Counted from the stretch's first letter, positions 40,370 to 49,646 are shown. The stretch: 64,000 nt of DNA from Rhabdothermincola salaria (GCF_021246445.1 NZ_JAJQXW010000002.1:372001-436000), one strand, 5' to 3'. Notes: generated by a model not told the origin, from the letters alone. Numbers and translations: made by a program.

Positions 40370-41178
40370 CCGCACCGGAGCCCGTGGCCGTGATCACCGG
40401 TGCCGCACGCGGCATGGGTCGGGCCACGGCCGAGCGCCTCACCGCCGCCGGGTGGCGCGTGGCCCTGCTCGACCTGGGTGCCCCGTCCCCCGAACCGGGC
40501 ACCACCGACCTGCCCGAGCCCTACTGCCCGGCCACCCTCGACGAGCTCGCCGAGGCCGAGGCGGCCTGCGGCGAACGAGCCGAGTCCCATCTGGTCGACG
40601 TGCGCGACCAGGCAACCGTCACCACCGCCGTCGACTCCGTGGTCGCTCGCCACGGTCGCCTCGACGCCGTGGTGGCCGCGGCCGGCGCCGTGGCCGGTGG
40701 GCCACCGATCTGGGAGGCCACCGACGAGGTGTGGCACGCCATGATCGACGTCAACCTCACCGGCATGTTCCACCTGGTGCGGGCCACGGTGCCCCACCTG
40801 TTGGCCCGGCCCGAACCGCGCTCGGGTCGCTTCGTCGGCATCGCCTCCACCGCCGCCCACCACGGCCTGCCCGGCCTGGCCGCCTACAGCGCCTCCAAGC
40901 ACGGCGTGGCCGGCCTCGTCCGGGCCCTGGCAGCCGAGCTCGGCCCCACCGGCGTCACCGCCAACGCCGTCGCCCCCGGCTCCACGATGACCCACATGCT
41001 CCATGCCAGCGCCGCCATCTACGGCCTGCCCGAGCCGGGTTCGTTCACCCGCCAGACCCGCATCCAGCGCGCCATCGACCCCGACGAGATCGCCGCGGCC
41101 GTGGCCTGGCTGTGCACCGAGGCCCCCGGTGCCCTCACCGGCGCCGTGCTCGACGTCGACGGCGGGTTCCGCCCGTGA
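40366..41178 (+). CDS. mycofactocin-coupled SDR oxidoreductase
   Basis: TGAARGMG, an insertion after LLDL containing YCPATLDEL as in mft-type SDRs, YSASKHGV; ATGA overlap. Confidence 0.85.
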   Translation: MTAPEPVAVITGAARGMGRATAERLTAAGWRVALLDLGAPSPEPGTTDLPEPYCPATLDELAEAEAACGERAESHLVDVRDQATVTTAVDSVVARHGRLDAVVAAAGAVAGGPPIWEATDEVWHAMIDVNLTGMFHLVRATVPHLLARPEPRSGRFVGIASTAAHHGLPGLAAYSASKHGVAGLVRALAAELGPTGVTANAVAPGSTMTHMLHASAAIYGLPEPGSFTRQTRIQRAIDPDEIAAAVAWLCTEAPGALTGAVLDVDGGFRP

Positions 41179-41188
41179 CCGCCGCGCC

Positions 41189-42157
41189 GTGACCCTCGAG
41201 CTCACCAAGGCGGTGGTCGACGCCCTCGACGAGGCCATCGTCGGACGCCGGGGCGAGATCGAGGTGGTGCTGGCCGCCCTCGCCGCCGACCGCCACGTCC
41301 TGCTCGAGGGTCCCCCCGGCACCGGCAAGTCCACGCTGCTGCGCACCCTCGCCGAGGCGGCCGGCTTGGAGATGGTCTTCGTCGAGGGCAACGCCGAGCT
41401 CACCCCCGGTCGCCTCACCGGCACGTTCGATCCCGCCCGCGTGCTCACCGACGGCTACACCCCCGAGGTGTTCCTCGACGGGCCGCTCGTCGAAGCCCTG
41501 CGCACCGGGGCCCTGCTCTACCTCGAGGAGATCAACCGCGTCCCCGAGGAGACGCTCAACGTCGTCATCACCGCCATGAGCGAGCGCGAGCTGCACGTGC
41601 CCCGCCTCGGGAAGGTCGTGGCCGAGCCCGGCTTCCGGGTGGTGGCGGCCATGAACCCGTTCGACGCCATCGGCACGGCGCGCATCTCCTCCGCGGTCTA
41701 CGACCGGGTGTGCCGGGTGGCCATGGGCTACCAGGACGAGGCCGCCGAGCGCGAGATCGTGCACCGCGCCGACCCCGACGCCCCGCCGGCGCTGGTCCGA
41801 CGAGCGGTGCGCGTCGTGCGCGCCACCCGCGACCACGCCGACGTGCGGTTCGGCTCCTCGGTTCGAGGTGCCATCGACCTGGTGACCGTCGCCGACCGCC
41901 TGGCCCGGTTGCGCGACGGCGAGCCGACCGATGACGCCGTGGGCCTCGACGCCGCCCTGGCCGCCCTGTCCGGGCGCGTGCGCATCCGCGAAGGATGCGG
42001 CCGCTCAGCCGAGGACGTGGTGCGCCAGCTATGGGCCGAGCTCGCCGATGACCCGGCCGAGGCCGACGACGCCGCGGGCGACCGCGACGACACCGACCCG
42101 GGCGACCGGTCCCCCACCGGGGCCCCGACCCCACCGGGAGGGGCGGGAAAAGCCTGA
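41189..42157 (+). CDS. MoxR-family AAA+ ATPase (zero-frame product)
   Basis: Walker A GPPGTGKS, Walker B LYLEEINR, AMNP, SSVRGAID. Confidence 0.92.
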   Translation: MTLELTKAVVDALDEAIVGRRGEIEVVLAALAADRHVLLEGPPGTGKSTLLRTLAEAAGLEMVFVEGNAELTPGRLTGTFDPARVLTDGYTPEVFLDGPLVEALRTGALLYLEEINRVPEETLNVVITAMSERELHVPRLGKVVAEPGFRVVAAMNPFDAIGTARISSAVYDRVCRVAMGYQDEAAEREIVHRADPDAPPALVRRAVRVVRATRDHADVRFGSSVRGAIDLVTVADRLARLRDGEPTDDAVGLDAALAALSGRVRIREGCGRSAEDVVRQLWAELADDPAEADDAAGDRDDTDPGDRSPTGAPTPPGGAGKA

Positions 42158-42173
42158 CCCCCGGCGACGGGGG
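42145..42173 (+). other. predicted -1 ribosomal frameshift cassette: G_GGA_AAA, 6-nt spacer, CCCCCG-GCGA-CGGGGG hairpin
   Basis: In-phase X_XXY_YYZ heptamer at 42145-42151, one codon before the MoxR stop; hairpin at 42158-42173; the -1 frame is open to 43110. Confidence 0.75.
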
Positions 42174-43110
42174 CGACGACGACGCCGTCGACGAAGGCGA
42201 CGCCGCCACCGAGGCCCTCGACGACGCCCGCCGCCGCACCTCCTCACGGCGCGAGCTGGGACGCCACGACCACTTCGACGAGGTCTCCCCGGAGGTCGGC
42301 GCGCTCGACGAGGCCGCCTTCGACGACGCCCTCGAGGCCGACCCCGACGCCGCCCTGGGTCTGTTGGCCGATCTCACCGGCGCGACCGACGAACGCCTGC
42401 GGGCCCGGGCCCGACGCCTGGCCGGGCGACTAGCCGTCGATCTCGGTCGCACCGGACCGGTCCGCCGTCGAGGCGTCGGCCGGTTGCGGGAGGTCCCCGC
42501 CGACCGCGGGACGGCGGACCTCGACCTCGACCGGTCCCTCGACGCCCTGCTCAGCGCCCGGAGCCGGGGCGAGAGCCCCCACCTGGCCGACCTGCGCGCC
42601 CGCGACTGGGGCCGACCCGACCTGGCCGTGAGCCTGGTGGTGGACCGGTCGGGATCGATGGGCGGCGAACGGCTGGCCACGGCCGCCATCGCGGCGGCCG
42701 CCACGGTGCTGCGCGCCCCCACCGACTCGTCGGTGCTGGCGTTCTCCGACCGGGTGATCGTGGTGGCCCCCCAGGGTTCCCTGCGACCCGTCGACGCGGT
42801 GGTCGACGACCTGCTGTGCCTGCGCGGGCACGGGCCGACCGACCTGGCCCTGGCCCTGCGAGCCGCCCGCCACCAGCTCGAGCGCTCCGACGCTCGCCGG
42901 CGGGTGGCGGTGGTGCTCTCCGACGCCCGTCCCACCGCCGGTGGCGACCCGGCCCGCGACGCCGCCGCCCTCGACGAGCTGGTGATCGTCGCCCCTGCCG
43001 ACGACCACGCCGACGCCCGGGACCTGGCCGAGGCCGTCGGGGCCCGCTGGCTCACCCTCACCGGGCCGAGCGCGGTGCCCCAGGTGATGACCGACGCCTT
43101 CGCCGGCTGA
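42151..43110 (+). CDS. von Willebrand factor A (VWA, CoxE-like) domain protein, -1 frame relative to MoxR, no canonical start
   Basis: MIDAS DRSGS, GPTD, VLSD. The ORF track starts it at TTG 42364, but the frame is clearly coding from about 42154 (LTPGDGGDDDAVDEG...SRRELGRHDHFDEVSPEVG). Confidence 0.85.
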   Translation, partial: SLTPGDGGDDDAVDEGDAATEALDDARRRTSSRRELGRHDHFDEVSPEVGALDEAAFDDALEADPDAALGLLADLTGATDERLRARARRLAGRLAVDLGRTGPVRRRGVGRLREVPADRGTADLDLDRSLDALLSARSRGESPHLADLRARDWGRPDLAVSLVVDRSGSMGGERLATAAIAAAATVLRAPTDSSVLAFSDRVIVVAPQGSLRPVDAVVDDLLCLRGHGPTDLALALRAARHQLERSDARRRVAVVLSDARPTAGGDPARDAAALDELVIVAPADDHADARDLAEAVGARWLTLTGPSAVPQVMTDAFAG

Positions 43111-43129
43111 CCGCCCCCAACCCTGCTTC

Positions 43130-43171
43130 TTGCATGCTTTCGTCGCTCTCCAGCGCGACGAAAGCATGCAA
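43130..43171. repeat. 17-bp perfect inverted repeat TTGCATGCTTTCGTCGC-N8-GCGACGAAAGCATGCAA (REP-like)
   Basis: Read directly; intergenic between the VWA gene and mftE. Confidence 0.85.
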
Positions 43172-43243
43172 CTACCGTCGGGGGCGCGACGGCGGCGCTC
43201 GATCACGACGGCGACGCACGGGTGGAGCGCGACACTGGGGGAC

Positions 43244-43954
43244 GTGTCGTCCCCCCACCGGCCGCTCGGCCACCTCACCTGGCCCGAGGTCGGGGCCGCG
43301 ACCGCCGAGCGACCGCCGGTGCTCTTGGTCCCCCTGGGCAGCACCGAGCAGCACGGACCGCACCTGCCCCTCGACACCGACACCCGCATCGCCGAGGCCC
43401 TCGCCCGGGCCGCGGCGGCGACCGTCTCCGGCGTGGTGGTGGCACCCGCCGTCGCCTACGGATCGAGCGGCGAGCACGCCGGCTTCCCGGGAACCCTCTC
43501 CATCGGACAGGAAGCGCTCGAAGCGCTCGTGGTGGAGCTGGTGCGCTCGGCCGACGTCTTCGGAGGCGTGGTCCTGGTCTGCGGTCACGCCGGCAACGCG
43601 GAACCGGTCGCACGGGCGGTGCGCACGCTCACCGGTGAGGGTCGGGCGGTTCGGGCGTGGTTCCCCCGGGTGGGCGACGGCGACGCCCACGCCGGACGCA
43701 CCGAGACCTCGATGCTGCTGCACCTCGACCCGTCGGTCGTGCAGATCGACCGGGCGGAGGTCGGCGCCACCGCTCCCGTGGCCGAGTTGATCGACGACCT
43801 GCGGCACGCCGGCGTGAAGGGGGTCGCCCCCAACGGCGTGCTCGGTGATCCCTCCGACGCCTCGGCCGACGAGGGCCGGCGGCTGGTGGCGGCCATGGTC
43901 GACGAGCTCACCGCCCTGCTCGCCGAGCTGACCCAGGGATGGTCGAGGCGGTGA
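43244..43954 (+). CDS. mftE: mycofactocin peptidase (creatininase family)
   Basis: PLGSTEQHGPHLPLDTD, YGSSGEHAGFPGTLS, GHAGN, DAHAGRTETS, NGVLGDP. Confidence 0.95.
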   Translation: MSSPHRPLGHLTWPEVGAATAERPPVLLVPLGSTEQHGPHLPLDTDTRIAEALARAAAATVSGVVVAPAVAYGSSGEHAGFPGTLSIGQEALEALVVELVRSADVFGGVVLVCGHAGNAEPVARAVRTLTGEGRAVRAWFPRVGDGDAHAGRTETSMLLHLDPSVVQIDRAEVGATAPVAELIDDLRHAGVKGVAPNGVLGDPSDASADEGRRLVAAMVDELTALLAELTQGWSRR

Positions 43955-45483
43955 GCGAGGACGCCGGCGGGCTCCCCACCGCGGGGGCGGAGCTGGCCGG
44001 GAGCGTGGTGGCACCCGATCCCTCGGTCCGCGCCAGCGACGACGGCACCGTCCTGGTGGGCGGCTCGCCTCTCCGGGTGGTGCGCCTCAGCCGCACCGGC
44101 GCCGACGTCGCCCGACGCCTCCTCGACGGCGCGCCCGTGCCGAGCGGCCCCGGCGCGACCTCCCTCACCCGCCGGCTCCTCGACGGGGGACTCGTCCACC
44201 CCGTCGTCGCCCCGGGCACCGGACCCCCGCCCTCGGCGGTCACGATCGTGGTGCCGTTGCGGGGCACGCCCACGCGCGGCCTGCTCGACGCCCTCCCGCA
44301 GAGCTCCTCGGAGGGGCGGGTGGCCGGGGTGGTCGTGGTCGACGACGCCAGCCCCGTCCCGGTCGCGGTGGCCGCCGAGGGCGGCACCGTGGTCCGCCGC
44401 GACACCAACGGTGGGCCCGGGGCCGCCCGCAACACCGGCCTGGCCGGGGTCGAGACCCCCTACGTGGCCTTCGTCGACGCCGACTGCGTCCCCACCCCGG
44501 GCTGGCTCGATGCTCTCCTCCCCCACTTCGCCGACCCCTTCGTCGCGGCCGCCGCTCCTCGCATCGTGGCGACCGACGATCCGGGCCCCGAGCCCCTCAC
44601 CACCCTCGCCCGCTACGAGGCCCACCGGTCGCCGCTCGACCTCGGGCCCCGCCCCGCCCGGGTGCGAGCCCGCACCCGGGTGTCCTACGTGCCGTCGGCC
44701 GCACTCGTGGTGCGCACCGACGTGCTGCGCGCCCTGGGCGGCTTCGACGAGGACATGCGGGTGGGCGAGGACGTCGACCTGGTGTGGCGCCTCGACGAGG
44801 CCGGCTGGACCGTGCGCTACGAACCCGGTGGCGAGGTGGCCCACGACCACCGCACGTCGCTCGGCCCCTGGCTGCGCCGTCGGTTCGACTACGGCACGTC
44901 GGCCGGCCCCCTCGCCGTGCGCCACCCGGGCGCGCTGGTCCCCGTCGAGGCGTCGACATGGAGCCTGGGCGTCTGGGGCCTGGCCGCCACCGGCCACCCC
45001 GTTCCGGCAGCAGGCGTGGCCGCCACGTCCGTCGGTCTGCTCACCCGCACCCTCGACGACGTGCCGGACCGGCTGCCGCTCGCCCTGCGCCTGGCCGGAC
45101 TCGGGCACCTGGGCGCCGGTCGGCTGCTGGCCGAGGCGGTCCTGCGGCCGTGGTGGCCGCTCGCCCTCGGCGCCGTCGTCGTCTCCCGCCGAGCCCGGCC
45201 CCTGGTCGCCGCCGCGGTGGTGGCGCCGTCGCTGTGGGAGTGGGCCCGCGACCGCCCCCCGCTCGATCCGGTGCGGTGGCTGGGATGGCGGGTGGCCGAC
45301 CACGTCGCCTACAGCACGGGGGTCTGGGCCGGTGCGATCAAGGCGCGGGTGGCCGAGCCGCTCGTCCCCGACCTCACCAGCTGGCCCCGGCCGAGCCGCT
45401 ACACGCGTTGGCGCACCCGACGCGCCACGACGACCGGATCCGGCCGGTTGGCGGTCCGTGGTCGAGATCAGCCCAGCTCGTAG
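43951..45483 (+). CDS. mftF: mycofactocin glycosyltransferase (GT2)
   Basis: LVGGSPLRVVRL, VVDDAS, GPGAARN, FVDADC, VSYVPSAA, VGEDVD; GTGA overlap with mftE. Confidence 0.95.
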   Translation: MSEDAGGLPTAGAELAGSVVAPDPSVRASDDGTVLVGGSPLRVVRLSRTGADVARRLLDGAPVPSGPGATSLTRRLLDGGLVHPVVAPGTGPPPSAVTIVVPLRGTPTRGLLDALPQSSSEGRVAGVVVVDDASPVPVAVAAEGGTVVRRDTNGGPGAARNTGLAGVETPYVAFVDADCVPTPGWLDALLPHFADPFVAAAAPRIVATDDPGPEPLTTLARYEAHRSPLDLGPRPARVRARTRVSYVPSAALVVRTDVLRALGGFDEDMRVGEDVDLVWRLDEAGWTVRYEPGGEVAHDHRTSLGPWLRRRFDYGTSAGPLAVRHPGALVPVEASTWSLGVWGLAATGHPVPAAGVAATSVGLLTRTLDDVPDRLPLALRLAGLGHLGAGRLLAEAVLRPWWPLALGAVVVSRRARPLVAAAVVAPSLWEWARDRPPLDPVRWLGWRVADHVAYSTGVWAGAIKARVAEPLVPDLTSWPRPSRYTRWRTRRATTTGSGRLAVRGRDQPSS

Positions 45484-47822
45484 CCAGCGTCGTCGAGGAG
45501 CTCGACGATGCGGTTCGGGGGCAGGTGCTGGTCGAGCACCCGGACGCCGAGGTGGGCGAGGGAGTCCTCGATGGCGCTGGTGAGCGCGGCCGGGGCACCG
45601 ATGGCGCCACCCTCCCCGACCCCGCGGTAGTCGATGCCTCCGGTGGGCTCGTGGTGGACGTGGCGCACCTCGATGGACGGGATGTCGGTGGTGGTCGGCA
45701 GGAGGTAGTCCATGAAGGTGGACGCCAGGTACTGCCCGTCGTCGTCGTAGGCCGAGCGCTCGAGCAGCACCGCGCCGATGCCCTGGGCCACCCCGCCGCG
45801 CACCTGGCCGTCGACCACCGCCGGGTTGATCACCGCCCCGCAGTCGCCCACCACCAGGTAGCGCAGGATCTGCACCAGGCCGGTCACGGGATCGACCTCC
45901 ACCGTGCAGGCGTGGGTGGCCACCGACCACGTGCCCTCGGCGGAGTCGAAGGTGGCCGACTCCTCGATGCCCGGTCGTCCGTCGGCGTTGGCCAGCCCGG
46001 GCCGGAGGTGGGCCAGGCGCCCGATCTCGGCCAGCTCGGTGCGCACGCTGGGCGCGCCTCGGGCGACCACCGCGCCGTCGACCAGCTCCAGGTCGCCCGG
46101 GGAGATCTCCATCAGCTCGGAGGCCACGTGCAGCACCCGTTCGCGCACGGCCCGGGCCGCGCCCACCACGGCCCCGCTGGCCAGGGTGGCGGCCCGTGAG
46201 CCCCCGGTGCCCACCAGGTTGAACGGCGTGAGCATGGTGTCGCCGTGCACCACCCGCACCCGGTCGAGGGCGATGCCGAGCTCGTCGGCGGCGAGCTGGG
46301 CCAGGGTGGTCTCGTGGCTCTGGCCGTGGGGCTGTTGGCTGGTGAACACCGTGACCGTGCCGTCGGGCTCGAGGCGGGACCGGGCCTCCTGCACGGTGCG
46401 GGGGGCGGCCATGATGCCCATGGCCCGGATGAGGCTGGGCGGCACGGGCGCCGGCTCGACCACGTTGGCCAGCCCGAACCCGAGCAAGCGGCCCTCGGCG
46501 CGCGCCTCGGCCTGGGCGTCCCGGAACGCGGGGAGGTCCATGGCCGCCACCGCGTCGTCGAAGGTGCGGCGGGGGTCGAAGCCCTGCAGCTCCACCCCGG
46601 TGCAGCTGGTGGTGGGAAACGACGCGGGGGTGAGCAGGTTGCGCTCGCGCACCGCCACCGGCTCGACGCCCATCTGCCGGGCGATGACGTCGAGCACCCG
46701 CTCGCGCACCCAGGTCTCCACCTCCCACGGCCCCCGGTAGGGGACGTAGGTGGCCTTGTTGGTGGTGACCACCACCGCCTCGAAGTCGAAGTGCTCGAGG
46801 CGGTAGGCGGCCGGGAGCAACGCCCGAACGATCGAGGTGTAGCCGGTGGTGGGGAACCCCACCTGGGGATAGGCGCCCTGGTCGAGGACCATGCGCACCC
46901 GCAGGCCGCGCAGCTCACCGTCGGGGCCGACCGCGGCCTCCACGTCCAGGCGCTCCTCGCGCGCCTGGCCCCCGACGGTGAGGTTCTCGACCCGATCCTC
47001 GATCCAGGCCACCGGCCGGCCGACCAGGAGGGCGGCGCCGGCCACCGCCACGTCTTCGCGGGCCAGGCCGCTCTTCTGCCCGAACGCCCCGCCGATGTCG
47101 CCGCAGCGCACTCGCAGGGCGTGGCCGGGCACGCCCAGCACGTCGGCGAGGTGCATGCGCAGGGCGTGGGGCGACTGGTGGCTGGTGTGCACGTCGAGAC
47201 CGCCACCGGACGGGTCGGGCACGGCGAGGATGCCCCGCCCCTCCATGGGCACGTTGGCGTGACGGTGCTGCACGAACCGCTCGCGCACCACGTGGGCGGC
47301 GCCGTCGAAGGCGCGCTCGGTGTCGCCGTAGCGGTGGGTGGAGCGGTGTACGACGTTGGTGCCCAGCTCGGCGAAGACCAGCGGGGCGTCGGGCTCCATG
47401 GCCCGGTCCATGTCGCCCACTCCGGGCAGGGGGTCGTAGTCGACCTCCACCAGCTCGGCGGCGTCCTCGGCCAGGGCCCGGCTCTCGGCCAGCACCACCG
47501 CCACCGGGTCGCCGACCAGCCGGACCACGTCGCGGGCGAGGGCCCCGAAGACGGGCAGGCGCAGATCGGCGGGGCCGGCGGGCTTCAGATCGGCCGCCAC
47601 CCGGGCCAGGTCGTCGGCGGTGAGCACCGCCACCACCCCGGGGCCGGCGAGGGCGTCGGAGACGTCGATGCCGAGCACCCGGGCGTGAGGGAAGGGGCTG
47701 CGCACGAAGGCGGCCTGCACCGTGTCGGGCACGGCGAGGTCGTCGATGTAGCGGCCCCGGCCGGTGAGGATCCGGGGGTCCTCCACCCGGTGCACGCTGG
47801 TGCCGGTGAGACGGGCGACCAC
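45468..47822 (-). CDS. xanthine dehydrogenase/CoxL-family molybdopterin-binding large subunit
   Basis: RVEDPRILTGRGRYIDD, GGAFGQK, PYRGPW, QGIGAVL, GVGEGG. Confidence 0.92.
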   Translation of the reverse strand: MVARLTGTSVHRVEDPRILTGRGRYIDDLAVPDTVQAAFVRSPFPHARVLGIDVSDALAGPGVVAVLTADDLARVAADLKPAGPADLRLPVFGALARDVVRLVGDPVAVVLAESRALAEDAAELVEVDYDPLPGVGDMDRAMEPDAPLVFAELGTNVVHRSTHRYGDTERAFDGAAHVVRERFVQHRHANVPMEGRGILAVPDPSGGGLDVHTSHQSPHALRMHLADVLGVPGHALRVRCGDIGGAFGQKSGLAREDVAVAGAALLVGRPVAWIEDRVENLTVGGQAREERLDVEAAVGPDGELRGLRVRMVLDQGAYPQVGFPTTGYTSIVRALLPAAYRLEHFDFEAVVVTTNKATYVPYRGPWEVETWVRERVLDVIARQMGVEPVAVRERNLLTPASFPTTSCTGVELQGFDPRRTFDDAVAAMDLPAFRDAQAEARAEGRLLGFGLANVVEPAPVPPSLIRAMGIMAAPRTVQEARSRLEPDGTVTVFTSQQPHGQSHETTLAQLAADELGIALDRVRVVHGDTMLTPFNLVGTGGSRAATLASGAVVGAARAVRERVLHVASELMEISPGDLELVDGAVVARGAPSVRTELAEIGRLAHLRPGLANADGRPGIEESATFDSAEGTWSVATHACTVEVDPVTGLVQILRYLVVGDCGAVINPAVVDGQVRGGVAQGIGAVLLERSAYDDDGQYLASTFMDYLLPTTTDIPSIEVRHVHHEPTGGIDYRGVGEGGAIGAPAALTSAIEDSLAHLGVRVLDQHLPPNRIVELLDDAGYELG

Positions 47823-47826
47823 CGGC

Positions 47827-48327
47827 TCAGCCCTCCCCGTCGAGACGCAGCAGCTCGGCGCCTCGGCGCACGCCCGCCACGATGCTCTCGTAGCCGGTGC
47901 ACCGGCAGAGGTTGCCGCCCAACGCCTCGCGGATCTCGGCGTCGTCGGGGTCGTCGTTCTCGGCCAGCAGCGCCACCGCGCTGATGAGCATCCCGGGGGT
48001 GCAGAACCCGCACTGGAACGCGTGCGCCTCGAGGCACCCGTGCTGCACCGGGTGCAGGTCGTCGGGGGTCCCGAGGCCCTCCACGGTGACCACGTCGTGG
48101 CCCTCGGCCTGCACCGCCAGCACCAGGCACGACCGCACCGGGCCACCGTCGAGAAGCACGGTGCACGAGCCGCACACGCCGTGCTCGCAGCCGAGGTGGG
48201 TGCCGGTGAGGCCGAGGGCGTCGCGCAGGGCGTCGGCCAGCGAGCGCCGAGCCTCGACGTGCACCTGCCGGTCCTCACCGTTCACCCGCAGCGACACCGT
48301 CGCCTCGAGGCGCGGTTCGGCGCTCAC
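47827..48327 (-). CDS. 2x[2Fe-2S] small subunit (CoxS-like)
   Basis: GCEHGVCGSC, QCGFCTPG, NLCRCTGY. Confidence 0.95.
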   Translation of the reverse strand: MSAEPRLEATVSLRVNGEDRQVHVEARRSLADALRDALGLTGTHLGCEHGVCGSCTVLLDGGPVRSCLVLAVQAEGHDVVTVEGLGTPDDLHPVQHGCLEAHAFQCGFCTPGMLISAVALLAENDDPDDAEIREALGGNLCRCTGYESIVAGVRRGAELLRLDGEG

Positions 48328-49199
48328 GACGCCGCTCCGGCCCGGCGAGCCGCGGTGGCCAGCACGCGGGCGGCCAACGCCCCGGCCACGCGACGCCGGT
48401 ACGACGCCGACGCGTGGAGGTCGTCGTGGGGATCGAGGCGGGCGGCGGCCGCCCGCCCCACCTCCCCGAGCACCGCGGCGTCCGGGGCCCGTCCGACCGC
48501 GGCGGCACCCGCCTCGACGTCGAGCACCGGGGTGCTGCCCGCCCCGAGGAAGGCCAATCGGAGCTCGGCCACCCGACCGTCCTCGTCGAGGCCCACCCGG
48601 GCTCCGGCGCCGACGAGCGCGAAGTCGCCGTGGCGTCGGCTCACCTCGGCGAAGGCGTCGCCCACCCTCGCCCCACGGGCCGGCAGCCGAACCGCCTCCA
48701 CCACCTCGTCGGGGGCCAGCACCGTCGTCAGATAACCGACGAAGAAGTCGCGGGCCGGCACCGACCTCGTACCGTCGGGGCCGCGCACGTCGATGGTGGC
48801 GTCGGTGAGCATCGCCACCGCGGGCAGCTCGGCGGCCGGGTCGGCGTGCGCCAGGCTGCCTCCGAGGGTGCCCCTCGTCCGGATGGCGGCGTGCCCGATC
48901 AGGGGGGCCACTTCGGCCAGCAGGGGGGCGTGGGCCGCCACCAGCGGATGGCGCTCGAGGGTGGCGTGGGTGACGCGAGCGCCGAGCACCACCTCGTCGC
49001 CCACGACGTCGATCGTGTCGAGGCCGGGCACCCGAGCCACGTCGACGAGCACGCTCGGACGACCCAGGCGCAGAGCCAGCACCGGCAGCAGGCTCTGGCC
49101 GCCGGCGATCACCTTGGCGTCCTCACCGGCCTCGGCGAGCCCCCGGACCACGTCGTCGAGCGTCTCGGGCGCGAGGTAGGCGAACGGTGGCGACTTCAC
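48324..49199 (-). CDS. FAD-binding medium subunit (CoxM-like)
   Basis: IAGGQSL, RGTLGGSLAHADPAAE, RRHGDFA. Confidence 0.95.
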   Translation of the reverse strand: MKSPPFAYLAPETLDDVVRGLAEAGEDAKVIAGGQSLLPVLALRLGRPSVLVDVARVPGLDTIDVVGDEVVLGARVTHATLERHPLVAAHAPLLAEVAPLIGHAAIRTRGTLGGSLAHADPAAELPAVAMLTDATIDVRGPDGTRSVPARDFFVGYLTTVLAPDEVVEAVRLPARGARVGDAFAEVSRRHGDFALVGAGARVGLDEDGRVAELRLAFLGAGSTPVLDVEAGAAAVGRAPDAAVLGEVGRAAAARLDPHDDLHASASYRRRVAGALAARVLATAARRAGAAS

Positions 49200-49229
49200 G
49201 GACGTGACCCTCTCCCCGGGTCCGGGCGA

Positions 49230-49607
49230 TCAGCCGACGTTCACCAGGTCGACGACGAAGACGAGGGTCTCGCCGCCCTTGATGACGCCGCCGGCGCCCT
49301 GGGCCCCGTAGCCCTTGTGGGGCGGGATCGTGAGACGGCGGCGGCCGCCCACCTTCATGCCCTGCACCCCTTCGTCCCACCCGGAGATGACCTGTCCGGC
49401 CCCGAGGCGGAACTCGAAGGTGTCGCGACGGTCCCACGAGGCGTCGAACTGGTCGCCGGTGCTCCACGCCACGCCCACGTAGTGCACGGTGACGTTGGCC
49501 CCCTTGGTGGCCTCGGCACCGTCGCCGACGGACAGGTCCTCGACGACGAGGTCGGCGGGCGGGTCCTCGGCGGGGATGGAGACGTCGGGCTTGGTGGGTT
49601 CGGCCAT
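49230..49607 (-). CDS. FKBP-type peptidyl-prolyl isomerase
   Basis: VTVHYVG, FDASWDR, VISGWDEG, GETLVFVVDL. Confidence 0.97.
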   Translation of the reverse strand: MAEPTKPDVSIPAEDPPADLVVEDLSVGDGAEATKGANVTVHYVGVAWSTGDQFDASWDRRDTFEFRLGAGQVISGWDEGVQGMKVGGRRRLTIPPHKGYGAQGAGGVIKGGETLVFVVDLVNVG

Positions 49608-49646
49608 CGGGCCACCGTAGCGGCCCCCTGCGATCGGGGAGACGGC

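Noticed and set aside
42364..43110. TTG 42364 as the true VWA start
   Set aside because: No SD or -10 precedes it, and the same frame is coding-like for about 70 codons upstream, back to the slippery site.
45468..49199. Aerobic carbon monoxide dehydrogenase
   Set aside because: The large subunit has PYRGPW, not the form I AYxCSFR motif, so it is called only a XDH/CoxL-family enzyme.
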